Source: an uncultured Prolixibacteraceae bacterium (GTDB lineage: Bacteria; Bacteroidota; Bacteroidia; Bacteroidales; FEN-979). From it: a DNA stretch of 64,000 nucleotides. The stretch spans positions 10,258-74,257 of the forward strand of contig CAZSDU010000006.1 of NCBI GenBank assembly GCA_964605775.1, given 5' to 3'. The notes beneath the pieces are model-generated. The model was not told where the DNA came from and did not search any database. It saw nothing but the letters and a program-made list of their open reading frames with translations. A program made the position numbers and the translations under genes. Positions 1-9,467 of this stretch are shown piece by piece. Numbering within the stretch: position 1 is the stretch's first letter; each line of letters starts with the position of its first letter.

Positions 1-2
1 AT

Positions 3-872
3 TATTTTGTTGAACTCGGGGAAAAAGTATCGAAAGGTCAGCAGACCGGGTTGCTGGAGCTTAGCAGTTCTGGTCTGTTCCTGGGTACGATTTCAGGGTT
101 GAAGGATACTGTTTCCAATGAAACGGTTCTCATCGGGAAAAATGAACCCATGGCCGGGACGGAAAAAGATGTATTCGGAGAATTATTTAAATATTATGCT
201 GATGTCAGCGTATTTGAAAAAGTTGATACCATCATCCGTAAGATAAATATTGATACCATGACTCTGGAGCGTCAGTTTCTGAAACGGACAATGGTGGAAA
301 AATCTCCTGAACAGAAAGCCAAAGAAGCCTCCGATGTCATTACAAAGATCAAAGATAATCGTTTTAATCTTCTGAGCGGGTACCAGGAAGTCAATTATAA
401 TAAGGAAACCCTTGAATATATGGACACTCAGCTTAAACAAATGGAAAGGGAATATATCAAATTATTTACGGGAATCAGCCTGCATAAAACTTTAACATTC
501 AGCTATAAGTATATCCCTTTACCCAACCAGATCAACACGGAGATCCCGATCTTCAAATTCTGGAAATCCAAAGGGGTGATTGGATTGGATGAACCCGGAG
601 GAAGAGTGGTGACCATCAACATTCAAAGGGTGGGGAATACCAATTCGGTTTCCGCTTATCTTGCCCGAGCTGAAAAGTCCGCCAAATCCAATGGATTTTA
701 TTATCGTATTCCTGAATTGGCAAGGGTTACGGTGAAACTTGACGAAAACACACAGGTGGAAAATCAATGCCTGATCAGCCAGTTAGGACTTGTTTCTTTC
801 CTTCCCTCCCATAAATGGAAAGTGCGTTTACATGAATCCACCGGTGGAGTCAAAGGACTGGAGATACAGTAA
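3..872 (+). CDS. DUF4831-like protein, 5'-truncated by the window edge
   Basis: Frame 3 is open from base 3, with no stop before the listed M at 51, and ends at 872. The C-terminal FYYRIPE...QLGLVSFLP stretch resembles Bacteroidota DUF4831 proteins from memory. The family call is tentative. Confidence 0.5.
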   Translation, partial: YFVELGEKVSKGQQTGLLELSSSGLFLGTISGLKDTVSNETVLIGKNEPMAGTEKDVFGELFKYYADVSVFEKVDTIIRKINIDTMTLERQFLKRTMVEKSPEQKAKEASDVITKIKDNRFNLLSGYQEVNYNKETLEYMDTQLKQMEREYIKLFTGISLHKTLTFSYKYIPLPNQINTEIPIFKFWKSKGVIGLDEPGGRVVTINIQRVGNTNSVSAYLARAEKSAKSNGFYYRIPELARVTVKLDENTQVENQCLISQLGLVSFLPSHKWKVRLHESTGGVKGLEIQ

Positions 873-875
873 AGG

Positions 876-1691
876 TCAGGAATGCAGGGCCAGATGAATA
901 CGGGTCAACTGCTTTAAAAGATCGTTCAGTTGATGAAGGGGAAGCATGTTTGCACCGTCCGATTTGGCGTGAGCCGGGTCATGGTGAGTTTCCAGAAAAA
1001 TGCCATCCGCTCCCACGGCAATGGCCGCTTTGGCAATGAACTCAATAAGATCAGGCCGGCCACTTGTTATTCCTTGCGGAGTATTGGGAAGTTGTAAAGC
1101 ATGGGTCACATCCATGATAACCGGAACCCCATGTTTTTTCATATCAGGGATATTTCTGAAGTCAACGATCAGATCCTGATAACCAAACATATTCCCACGC
1201 TCGGTGAGCATAATTTGATGATTTCCGGTTTCTGCAATTTTATCAAGTGCAAATCTCATGGATTCAGCCGAACAAAACTGGCCTTTTTTAATATTCACTG
1301 TTTTTCCGGTACGGCCGGCTGCTTTCAGCAGATCGGTTTGTCTGCAAAGAAAGGCGGGAATCTGAAGAACATCCACAAATTTTGAAGCTAATGTCGCTTC
1401 TTCCTCGGTATGGATATCAGTAAGTGTCGCAATGTCAAGGTTCTTACCCACCTCCTTGATGATTTCCAGTGCTTCACGATTCCCGATTCCAGTGAAGGAA
1501 TCGTTTTTCGTACGGTTGGCCTTTTTATAAGAAGCTTTAAAAATAAAGGGAATTTTAAGTTCTTCCGTGATCTTTTTGATTTGTGATGCAATCCTTAACG
1601 GCATCTCTTCATTTTCAACCACACAGGGGCCTGCAATCAAAAAGAACATTCCTGATTCCTTGAATTTCAATCTATTTATGTCTGGTATCAT
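876..1691 (-). CDS. kdsA: 3-deoxy-8-phosphooctulonate synthase (KDO8P synthase)
   Basis: 271 aa with ATG at 1691. FFLIAGPCVVENEE, FKASYKKANRT and DVTHALQLP are typical KdsA motifs. Confidence 0.9.
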   Translation of the reverse strand: MIPDINRLKFKESGMFFLIAGPCVVENEEMPLRIASQIKKITEELKIPFIFKASYKKANRTKNDSFTGIGNREALEIIKEVGKNLDIATLTDIHTEEEATLASKFVDVLQIPAFLCRQTDLLKAAGRTGKTVNIKKGQFCSAESMRFALDKIAETGNHQIMLTERGNMFGYQDLIVDFRNIPDMKKHGVPVIMDVTHALQLPNTPQGITSGRPDLIEFIAKAAIAVGADGIFLETHHDPAHAKSDGANMLPLHQLNDLLKQLTRIHLALHS

Positions 1692-1716
1692 ACTAACAAT
1701 TTTTTTGTTTTCGTTG

Positions 1717-2985
1717 CTAATATTTGTACTTCCCCTTCCACAAGCTTTTCAATCTTGCCCTGAGTTCATTTTCCCGTGGATTATTTTGTGGATCATAAAA
1801 CTTCTGGCTTTTTAAGGCATCAGGAAGAAATTCTTGCTCAACAAAATTTTGATCAAAATCATGGGCATAGAGATAATCCTTTCCATAACCGATTTTTTTC
1901 ATCAATCCAGAGGGAGCGTTTCTGAGATGAAGGGGTACAGCCTGGTCTCCAGATTCTTGAATTGATTTCGTTGCTTTTCTGATGGCCAAGTAAGAGGAAT
2001 TGCTTTTTACTGAGCATGCCAGGTAAATGGCGGTCTGTGAAAGAATCAGGTCACTCTCAGGATAGCCGATCACATCTACTGCCTGAAAACAATGACTAGC
2101 CAACAACAAGGCATTGGGATTGGCATTCCCAATGTCCTCTGAAGCAAGAATCAGCATTCGTCTTGCAATGAATTTCGGATCTTCTCCTGCCATGACCATC
2201 CTGGCAAGCCAATAAACTGCTGCATTGGGATCACTACCCCGGATGGATTTGATAAATGCGGAAATAATATCATAATGCATTTCCCCGGTTTTATCATACA
2301 TTGCAAGGTTCTGCTGGATGACATGGATGGCCTTTTCATTGTCAATGACAATCTTATCAAGCGATCTTTCCGATGACTGTACAATTAATTCCAGGGCATT
2401 TAAAAGCTTTCTCGCATCTCCTCCTGAAATCCTGAGGAGTGCCTCGCTTTCCGTGATTTCTATTTCCTTCCCGGATTCCTTTTCTAAATATTGTTTCCCC
2501 TGGTTAAGAAGTTTCAGCAGATGATCCTCTTCAAGCGGCTTTAGTACATATATTTGGCAACGCGACAGGAGTGGAGAGATCACTTCAAAAGAGGGATTTT
2601 CAGTAGTTGCTCCGATAAAAGTTACGATGCCTTTTTCCACTGCTCCCAAAAGGGCATCCTGTTGTGATTTGCTGAAACGGTGAATTTCATCAATAAACAA
2701 AAACGGACTGTCTCCGGCTTCCTTCGCTTTATTGATAATTTCTCTGACTTCTTTCACTCCGGAACTGATAGCACTCAGGGTAAAAAACCTTCGCTTCAGA
2801 TGCTGGGAAATAATAAAGGCAAGCGTGGTTTTTCCTACTCCCGGAGGTCCCCAGAGAATCATGGAAGGGAGTTTACCCCTGGAAATAGCCTGGGATAAAA
2901 CAGCCTCTTTCCCAATTAAGTGTTCCTGGCCCAGGTAGTCATCCAGGGTATTTGGACGTAGCTTCTCAGCAAGTGGAATCAGCAT
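1717..2985 (-). CDS. rarA: replication-associated recombination protein A (AAA ATPase RarA/MgsA)
   Basis: Walker [12 protein letters not shown], Walker B FIDEIHRF and a MgsA-type C-terminal domain. The track start at 3006 is TTG. The ATG at 2985 gives [11 protein letters not shown], the usual RarA N-terminus. Confidence 0.9.
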   Translation of the reverse strand: MLIPLAEKLRPNTLDDYLGQEHLIGKEAVLSQAISRGKLPSMILWGPPGVGKTTLAFIISQHLKRRFFTLSAISSGVKEVREIINKAKEAGDSPFLFIDEIHRFSKSQQDALLGAVEKGIVTFIGATTENPSFEVISPLLSRCQIYVLKPLEEDHLLKLLNQGKQYLEKESGKEIEITESEALLRISGGDARKLLNALELIVQSSERSLDKIVIDNEKAIHVIQQNLAMYDKTGEMHYDIISAFIKSIRGSDPNAAVYWLARMVMAGEDPKFIARRMLILASEDIGNANPNALLLASHCFQAVDVIGYPESDLILSQTAIYLACSVKSNSSYLAIRKATKSIQESGDQAVPLHLRNAPSGLMKKIGYGKDYLYAHDFDQNFVEQEFLPDALKSQKFYDPQNNPRENELRARLKSLWKGKYKY

Positions 2986-3158
2986 TTTTTTGGAATAGAA
3001 TTTCAAAGATACTTCATTATCATATTCGAAAATTCCAATTTTTTTCCAATTCCATGTTTTCTTAGCCTTAAATCTTAAAAAATGTTAAAAATAATCATGC
3101 TGATATTCAGTAACTTAAGCGAAATGTTAAAAAATGTTAAAAAAAAGTGTCTGGATTA

Positions 3159-3191
3159 TTTGGAGCGTATTATTCCTTTACTATATCTTTG
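3159..3191 (+). promoter_or_regulatory. Bacteroidota sigma-A type promoter (TTTG, 21-nt spacer, TATCTTTG)
   Basis: TTTG at 3159-3162 and TATCTTTG at 3184-3191. It lies inside the GTG-extended ORF 3147-3497, which supports the ATG at 3219 as the true start. Confidence 0.4.
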
Positions 3192-3218
3192 TATCCGAAT
3201 TTAAAAATCAATAAACAA

Positions 3219-3497
3219 ATGAAAAAACTTGCAACATTATTAGTTATTGGCGCAGTAGCATTTATGTACTCCTGTGGCCCAAGCGCAAAAGAAATCGAAG
3301 AAAAAAGAATTGCTGATTCAATCCGCGTTGCTGACTCATTAGCAATGGTACAGGCTGAACAGCAGAGGGTTGCTGATTCTATTGCTCAGGCTCAGATTGC
3401 AGCTGCTCATCAGGATTCTATCACCCAGGGTTGGATTAAGGAAGATGGAACTCCTACTGACAAATTAAAGAAAGAACTGAAAAAAATTAAGAAATAA
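3219..3497 (+). CDS. small lipoprotein with ADSI/ADSL repeats
   Basis: MKKLATLLVIGAVAFMYSCGP is a signal peptide with a lipobox Cys. ADSIRVADSLAMV...RVADSIAQAQ repeats follow. A strong terminator lies downstream. Confidence 0.6.
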   Translation: MKKLATLLVIGAVAFMYSCGPSAKEIEEKRIADSIRVADSLAMVQAEQQRVADSIAQAQIAAAHQDSITQGWIKEDGTPTDKLKKELKKIKK

Positions 3498-3523
3498 GCG
3501 ATACTGCTTATCAGTTCTTAAAG

Positions 3524-3563
3524 GAAGAGGGGGCGTCGGTTAGACAGCCCCCTCTTCTTTTTT
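3524..3563. terminator. bidirectional rho-independent terminator
   Basis: Perfect 11-bp stem GAAGAGGGGGC (3524-3534) / GCCCCCTCTTC (3547-3557) with a 12-nt loop, followed by a T-run at 3558-3563. It sits between the convergent lipoprotein and pntB genes. Confidence 0.75.
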
Positions 3564-3571
3564 GAAAAACA

Positions 3572-5044
3572 TTAAAGATTCTTTATTTCTGCAATGAGCT
3601 TTTGCATGCTGGCTTTGGCATCACCGAATAGCATACGCGACTTGGGCATGAAGAATAGGTTGTTTTCAATGGCAGCATAACCCTTTGCCATACTTCTTTT
3701 CATGATTATCGTATTTTTTGCTTCCCAAACTTTAATAACCGGCATGCCATAAATCGGGCTGGAAGAATCTTCCTCTGCAGCTGGATTGACAACATCATTG
3801 GCGCCGATGACAATGACCACATCGGTATTCCCCATGTCGTTATTGGCTTCTTCCATTTCCTGAAGCTTCTCATAGGCAACGTCCGCTTCAGCAAGAAGGA
3901 CATTCATATGGCCTGGCATACGTCCGGCAACCGGATGAATGCCATATTTTAATTCGACACCTTTTGTTCCGAGCAGGTTTTCCAGCTCATGGCACAGATG
4001 CTGTGCCTGGGCTACAGCTAAGCCATAACCTGGAACGATCAATACTTTCTGGGAATAACTTAGCAATACTGCAGCATCGCTAAGGGATATTTCTTTTACG
4101 GTTTTATCCACACCTGATGCAGTTGAAGCAGAGCTTCCGCCAAAGGCCCCGATGATGACATTTAGCAGCGAACGATTCATGGCCTTGCACATGAGAATGG
4201 TCAATATCGTGCCTGATGAGCCGACGAGTATTCCTCCGGTTAGCATCGCCTGGTTATGATAGAGAAATCCTCCCATAGCCGCTGCAACCCCGGTAAAAGA
4301 ATTCAATAAGGAAATAACGACCGGCATATCAGCGCCTCCGATTGGCATAACAAAAGTAACACCATAAACCAACGCGAGTCCTGCCAGGACATAGATCATC
4401 CAGTTTTCCCCATCCACAGGCTCCTTGAACATGATAAATACCACAAAAATCAATAGAATGACCAGAAAAGCAAGATTGATAAATCTTAAGACCGGATTTT
4501 TTATATCTCCTAAACGCTCATCCAGTTTTCCAAAAGCAATCATAGAGCCTGCAAAGGAAACTCCCCCTATCATCAATCCCAGAAGTATGGCCAGTGCTTC
4601 TCCGTTTAGCATGGTGGTGGCGTGTTCACTGGCCAACATGGTTTGCATTCTTGGAAATTCCATCATCGAAATCAGTGCCGCACAGGCACCACCCATCCCG
4701 TTGAACAGGGAAACCATCTGTGGCATGGCGGTCATCTTCACTTTTTTTGCAGCCATCCAACCGGTTACTGATCCGATAAACAGCGCAACGAGAATCCATC
4801 CTAAATTGTGGATTCTTTGAAAGCTTCCGTCATCCATTTTTGTTTTATGAAAAAGAATGGTAAAAAGGATTGCCAATCCCATTCCCGCTGCTGCCCATAG
4901 GTTTCCGCTCCTTGCCGTATCCGGATGGCTGAGCTTTTTCAGCCCCATGATGAATAAAATAGAGGCCAGGATATAAGATAATTCCAGAATGGAGAGATAA
5001 GGGGAAAAATCAAAGTTTTTTGTCAGTGTAATGATCGTTTCCAT
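3572..5044 (-). CDS. pntB: NAD(P) transhydrogenase subunit beta
   Basis: 490 aa. The N-terminal half is multi-TM and the C-terminal half is an NADP(H)-binding domain III (GYGLAVAQAQH, HPVAGRMPGHMNVLLAEA, VIGANDVVNPAA). Confidence 0.9.
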   Translation of the reverse strand: METIITLTKNFDFSPYLSILELSYILASILFIMGLKKLSHPDTARSGNLWAAAGMGLAILFTILFHKTKMDDGSFQRIHNLGWILVALFIGSVTGWMAAKKVKMTAMPQMVSLFNGMGGACAALISMMEFPRMQTMLASEHATTMLNGEALAILLGLMIGGVSFAGSMIAFGKLDERLGDIKNPVLRFINLAFLVILLIFVVFIMFKEPVDGENWMIYVLAGLALVYGVTFVMPIGGADMPVVISLLNSFTGVAAAMGGFLYHNQAMLTGGILVGSSGTILTILMCKAMNRSLLNVIIGAFGGSSASTASGVDKTVKEISLSDAAVLLSYSQKVLIVPGYGLAVAQAQHLCHELENLLGTKGVELKYGIHPVAGRMPGHMNVLLAEADVAYEKLQEMEEANNDMGNTDVVIVIGANDVVNPAAEEDSSSPIYGMPVIKVWEAKNTIIMKRSMAKGYAAIENNLFFMPKSRMLFGDAKASMQKLIAEIKNL

Positions 5045-5053
5045 AGAGATGTT

Positions 5054-5365
5054 TTATTTCCGTGTTTTCTTTTTCCTGAACATTTCGAGCATGCGGTCGG
5101 TCACCACAAATCCTCCGACCACATTCAAAGTTCCCAGGATTACTGCAATGAATCCCAGGATCATGGATAAAACATTATCCGCATGTCCCATCACAATAAT
5201 GGCACCGATAATCACTACACCATGTATGGCGTTAGCACCAGACATCAGCGGTGTATGCAATACTGATGGGACATGCGATATGACTTCTATGCCTAGAAAA
5301 ATGGAGAGGATAATGATGAAGATCGCTTCCCTGTATTCCATGAAAAAAGTTAGCATTTCATTCAT
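5054..5365 (-). CDS. pntAB: NAD(P) transhydrogenase subunit alpha part 2 (membrane part)
   Basis: 103 aa and hydrophobic. The HTPLMSGANAIHG motif is present, and the gene lies between pntAA and pntB as in split pnt operons. Confidence 0.85.
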   Translation of the reverse strand: MNEMLTFFMEYREAIFIIILSIFLGIEVISHVPSVLHTPLMSGANAIHGVVIIGAIIVMGHADNVLSMILGFIAVILGTLNVVGGFVVTDRMLEMFRKKKTRK

Positions 5366-5376
5366 TGTGAGATAAT

Positions 5377-6531
5377 TTATGAATTTATAATGGATTTGAT
5401 TCTTTCATTGGTGATTTCCTTGTTGTGCGTGATACAGGTACCCTTAATCAGGTCATCTTCCCAGTTCAGGTTAAATTCACCCTTGGTATTGATCATTAAC
5501 TTGAGAAAATTGATAACATTTTTTCCAAACATTTTACTCGCATCGGTGGGCAGGTCAACGGGGAAAAATGAATTCCCGATGATTTTCACCCCGTGAGCAA
5601 TAATGGTTTCATTGTTGCGGGTCAGTTCGCAATTTCCCCCTGTGGATGCAGCTATATCAATGATGACCGACCCCGGTTTCATTTCTTCTACCGTTTCCTT
5701 TTTAAGTAATAACGGGGCCTTCTTGCCCGGAATCTGAGCAGTACAAATCACAACATCAGACTTTTTGGCATGATCATGGATGGCCTGTGCCTGTTTCATT
5801 TTAAAATCTTCGCTTTGCTCGACAGCGTAACCGCCTGCCGTTTTATCATCGATTGCCCCTTCCACTTCCACAAATTTTCCGCCTAGTCCCTGAACTTCCT
5901 CTTTTACAGCAGCACGGACATCAAAAACTTCCACCACTGCCCCGAGTTTCCTCGATGTGGCAATGGCTTGCAAACCGGCCACTCCGGCTCCTAGTATCAG
6001 CACCTTTGCCGGAGTAATAGTCCCGGCTGCAGTCATAAACATTGGAAAGAATTTTGGAAGTGAATTTGCAGCCGTCAGTACTGCTTTATAACCTGAAATG
6101 GTGGCCATTGAAGATAGTATATCCATAGCCTGAGCACGTGAGGTGCGGGGAATCACATCCAGACTGAAACAGGTAATGTTTTTTCCGGCCATGGATTTAA
6201 CTAATTCAAGATTAAAAAAAGGATTGATCTGTGCCAGGAAAATTTTGCCTTCAGTGGAAAGGGATAATTCCTGTTCAGACAAAGGATTGATTTTTATAAG
6301 AAGCCTGGCTTCTCTGATCACCTCTTCTTTGGATGTGATTTTTGCTCCCGCGGAAATATATTCCTCATTGGATGCAAATGACCCAGATCCGGCATCTTCC
6401 TCTATGTAGAGGTCAACCCCCATCTTGACAAGGATGGAAACAGCTTCCGGAAGAAGTGCCACCCGCTGTTCGGGATATTCTTCCTTTAAAATTCCAATTA
6501 TCATAGGTTGTTTTTCTGTTTGGTGTAACAT
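5377..6531 (-). CDS. pntAA: NAD(P) transhydrogenase subunit alpha part 1 (Re/Si-specific, AlaDH-like)
   Basis: 384 aa with the Rossmann motif ILGAGVAGLQAI and an AlaDH/PNT N-terminal domain. The alternative ATG at 6504 (MIIGILKEE) fits homolog N-termini better. Confidence 0.9.
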   Translation of the reverse strand: MLHQTEKQPMIIGILKEEYPEQRVALLPEAVSILVKMGVDLYIEEDAGSGSFASNEEYISAGAKITSKEEVIREARLLIKINPLSEQELSLSTEGKIFLAQINPFFNLELVKSMAGKNITCFSLDVIPRTSRAQAMDILSSMATISGYKAVLTAANSLPKFFPMFMTAAGTITPAKVLILGAGVAGLQAIATSRKLGAVVEVFDVRAAVKEEVQGLGGKFVEVEGAIDDKTAGGYAVEQSEDFKMKQAQAIHDHAKKSDVVICTAQIPGKKAPLLLKKETVEEMKPGSVIIDIAASTGGNCELTRNNETIIAHGVKIIGNSFFPVDLPTDASKMFGKNVINFLKLMINTKGEFNLNWEDDLIKGTCITHNKEITNERIKSIINS

Positions 6532-6533
6532 GG

Positions 6534-7025
6534 TTAATCTTTGAATTTGACGGATAAATGGCTTCCATCACAAAAAGGTTTTCTTTCTGAAGATCCGCAT
6601 CGACAGAGGGCAGCGACTTCTGAATCAACCTTGATTTTTTTCTTTTTTGAATCCCGGATAATAAAATTTCCGCTGATTAGGGCCGGACCATTTTCCAAGA
6701 TCTGAATCCTGGCATATTTCGATTTCTTTTTTTCCGGAGAAGCTGTTTTCGATGAAGGGAATTTTGAGCTTTTTAAATACGTTAACGCCCTTGATGGACA
6801 ACTGTCAACTGCTTTAATGATGGCCTTGCTGTCACTGCCGTGTATATTGATCCAGGGTTTCTTTTTTGTGTTAAAGACCTCCGGAAGACCAATGATGCAA
6901 TTGGCGGAATGAATACATAACTCTGGCCTCCAGTAAACGGTTACTTCACCATTGGAATGTTGCTTTACCGTCTCTTTGTCTTTTTTGAATGATAATAGTT
7001 CTGATTTGGTGACCTTATTTGACAT
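6534..7025 (-). CDS. Fe-S protein: divergent 4Fe-4S mono-cluster domain fused to a CDGSH iron-sulfur domain
   Basis: N-terminal CIHSANCIIGLPEVF...CPSRAL is a mono-cluster ferredoxin-like pattern. C-terminal CRCGSSERKPFCDGSH is the CDGSH 2Fe-2S signature. The track start at 7121 is TTG, and the ATG at 7025 gives MSNKVTK. The stop is 2 nt from the pntAA start. Confidence 0.7.
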   Translation of the reverse strand: MSNKVTKSELLSFKKDKETVKQHSNGEVTVYWRPELCIHSANCIIGLPEVFNTKKKPWINIHGSDSKAIIKAVDSCPSRALTYLKSSKFPSSKTASPEKKKSKYARIQILENGPALISGNFIIRDSKKKKIKVDSEVAALCRCGSSERKPFCDGSHLSVKFKD

Positions 7026-7171
7026 ACAATGTATCTTAAAATTTTCGTAAAGGTAAAAATTATTAATTTTGAAAACAAAGCGATTAGTTTCTATTTCATC
7101 AAGAAATAGTTTATCTGACAAGGTTTCATTGAAACGCCTGTCTCAATGAGTAGAGTGGTATATTAAACCAT

Positions 7172-8431
7172 ATGAATATGCCTGATATAATCTATAAAAA
7201 AGTTTTCCCATCTTGTTTCCACTTGTGTTGGATTTTATTCCTGATTTTCGGATTTATCGGTACTTCCTGCAAGAAATTTCAGATTGATTTCCCGGAAATT
7301 TCTGGTCTTCAGAAAATTGAAAACTATGAAGGGGGATTTCTTTACAAGACAAATTCTGGAAAATTTCATGTAATCAGTCTTAATGGTAACTATCTCCAGA
7401 TGGGAAGGCAATATGGATATTTGCTGGGAGGTCTGATGAAAGAGTATCATCAGGAGGTTGAAAATATTATGCATGAGACCGGAATCAGTGAAAGCCAGAT
7501 GAATTCCTTCGCGCTATCTTATTATAATATGCAGCCATATCCTTTTAAACAGATGATGGACGGGATGGCCATGACCTCCGGATTGAGCGTCAGTCAGCAG
7601 CGGTTTGTCTGCAGTTCCATGAGCATGATGTACGAAGTCTGGCCGGGATGCAGCAGTATTCAAGTGTGGGAAAATTATTCCAAGGACAGGAAAATGATTT
7701 GTGGCCGGAACTGGGATGCACAAAAAGGAAGATTTAATTATTTAGGGAAATACCTTGTGATCGTACTATACAACCCGGGTACTTATGTTCAAAGCGTGGC
7801 AGAATTCAATTATGTTGGATCCCTTTCCCCACAAACGTTAATCAATGAAAAAGGACTTTATTTGGATGTTCATGCATGTCAATTGCTGGATACTATATAC
7901 TTACCCGGGCGATTACCAGCAGGTTACCTGCTTTTTTCTTTCCTACTGAACAGTACAAACATGGATGAATTATCCAGATATTTTTCTTCTACTCGGCCTG
8001 CAGTTTCTTTACTGGTAAATGCAGCAGTTGCCGAACACGCTTGCTGCTATCAATGGCCAACTTTTGATATCCATAAACGGGAAGCTGACTCTGCCGGGCT
8101 GCTGGTTTCGACCAACCACTTTATTGGTTATCCTAGAGATTGGCCATTGCTTCCTATCCCGGATGACCCGGAAAAAGCAGCTTATACGATTCAACGATTT
8201 GATAACCTGATGGAACTTGCCTGGCAAAACAAAGGGGTCATAGATACGGAGAAGATGATGACCCTAATGGAATTGACTATTCCCAATAGGGGAGCGGCAT
8301 TCCCAGATAATGACCCCAGTTATGAGACCTATTATCAGATAGTGACTGTTCCACAAGATTTAATCTGGTATGTTAAGGCGGTGAATTATTCAGATTGGGA
8401 GAAAATCCCATTAACAGAATTGTTTCGCTGA
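7172..8431 (+). CDS. lipoprotein, C45/Ntn-hydrolase-like (acyltransferase/hydrolase family)
   Basis: The signal peptide ends in lipobox GTSC. PGCSSIQVW (candidate Gly-Cys autoprocessing site) and GRNWD resemble peptidase C45 / choloylglycine-hydrolase-type Ntn hydrolases. Moderate support only. Confidence 0.45.
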   Translation: MNMPDIIYKKVFPSCFHLCWILFLIFGFIGTSCKKFQIDFPEISGLQKIENYEGGFLYKTNSGKFHVISLNGNYLQMGRQYGYLLGGLMKEYHQEVENIMHETGISESQMNSFALSYYNMQPYPFKQMMDGMAMTSGLSVSQQRFVCSSMSMMYEVWPGCSSIQVWENYSKDRKMICGRNWDAQKGRFNYLGKYLVIVLYNPGTYVQSVAEFNYVGSLSPQTLINEKGLYLDVHACQLLDTIYLPGRLPAGYLLFSFLLNSTNMDELSRYFSSTRPAVSLLVNAAVAEHACCYQWPTFDIHKREADSAGLLVSTNHFIGYPRDWPLLPIPDDPEKAAYTIQRFDNLMELAWQNKGVIDTEKMMTLMELTIPNRGAAFPDNDPSYETYYQIVTVPQDLIWYVKAVNYSDWEKIPLTELFR

Positions 8432-8445
8432 TTTTTATCAAAAAT

Positions 8446-8467
8446 CCTGCATGGGTCAGCATGCAGG
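8446..8467 (-). terminator. hairpin terminator after the CAP-SPOR gene
   Basis: 8-bp stem CCTGCATG (8446-8453) / CATGCAGG (8460-8467) with a 6-nt loop. On the minus strand it is followed by AUUUUUGAUAAAAAU. Confidence 0.4.
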
Positions 8468-8525
8468 AAGGTTTCGATTGGATTCACAGCCTGAATTTAA
8501 TCGCAGAAATGAATAGTTCTCATGA

Positions 8526-9467
8526 TCAGTTTTTCAGCAACCAGGCATCCTTGTACTTTTTCTTGATTTCTTTCAGTTTACTCATGGTCTCTGTTTTATT
8601 TGGAGATTCAAATACAGAGATCCTGGCTTTGCCTTCTTTTTCAAGAACTTTTACTGAAGGAAAACCTTCAGCAACTAATTTTGGAAGCATTTTTGAAGCA
8701 GTTTCCAAGGGAATATTACTTCTGATAATGATATAATACATACCTGTCCCTGCTTGCGTTGGTTCAATATTAATTCCAGGTTTATTCTCTTTTTTTGCTG
8801 CTAAAGGGTTGACTGATTTTTTTTCTTTTTTAGTTGGTTTAATGGAATCAGCTGAACCCTGAACGGACAGATTCCCACAGTAAACCGCAGTCCCTGCAGG
8901 ATCATTCATCTCGCCAAACCAGGCACAGGCATAATTTTCATAGATCCCTATGCCAATGGCATTCCATTTTTTTCCGAGCCACTTTCCACTGTTTAACAAA
9001 AAGTTTCTCGTGTAATCAATGGATTTCCATTCCGCAATAATACTGTCTGGAATTGCAGTGCTGTTCTCCCAGTATACAATTTCATATCCTTTCCCGGGGT
9101 AAGGAGTGAACTCTTTAGGTTTATTCCATACCGAATTTTTCTTATTTTCATCCCGGGGATAACAAAATGATTTCCATGGTCCTTTGTCTGACCAGGAATA
9201 AGAAGTACAGGGCTCCTGATCGGGATGATTGAAGAAGAGATCCTTTGCATGGGAGCTCGCCACATAACACAATGACCTTGAAAGAGGAACAGCAGTAAGT
9301 TCATAGCGTTTACGGTAATCATTGATCATTTTATAAAGCTGCATTTCAGCCTGGCTGATGCAAAAATCAGAAGGAATCACAGGAGAGACCTTCACATGAT
9401 TTTGGGCGGATAAAAAAGTACACCTAAAGACAAAAATAAAAAGGAAAAAAATTCTTAGGTGAATCAT
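8526..9467 (-). CDS. secreted CAP (SCP/PR-1-like) domain protein with a C-terminal SPOR domain
   Basis: Signal peptide is present. YRKRYELTAVPLSRSLCYVASSHAKDL is CAP-domain-like. The C-terminal 70 aa (YYIIIRSN...ARISVFESPNKTETMSKLKEIKKKY) looks like a SPOR peptidoglycan-binding fold. The start overlaps the upstream stop as ATGA. Confidence 0.6.
   Translation of the reverse strand: MIHLRIFFLFIFVFRCTFLSAQNHVKVSPVIPSDFCISQAEMQLYKMINDYRKRYELTAVPLSRSLCYVASSHAKDLFFNHPDQEPCTSYSWSDKGPWKSFCYPRDENKKNSVWNKPKEFTPYPGKGYEIVYWENSTAIPDSIIAEWKSIDYTRNFLLNSGKWLGKKWNAIGIGIYENYACAWFGEMNDPAGTAVYCGNLSVQGSADSIKPTKKEKKSVNPLAAKKENKPGINIEPTQAGTGMYYIIIRSNIPLETASKMLPKLVAEGFPSVKVLEKEGKARISVFESPNKTETMSKLKEIKKKYKDAWLLKN

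Noticed and set aside
3006-3006. Long N-terminal extensions given by the ORF track (starts at 3006, 3147, 7121, 11485, 16618, 23543, 39006, 42499, 51708, 54074 and 62147)
   Set aside because: Seven use TTG or GTG codons: 3006, 3147, 7121, 11485, 16618, 54074 and 62147. The others (23543, 39006, 42499, 51708), whose start codons I either did not check or found to be ATG, begin inside the upstream gene or add non-homologous residues. In each case a downstream ATG restores a canonical N-terminus, signal peptide or lipobox.
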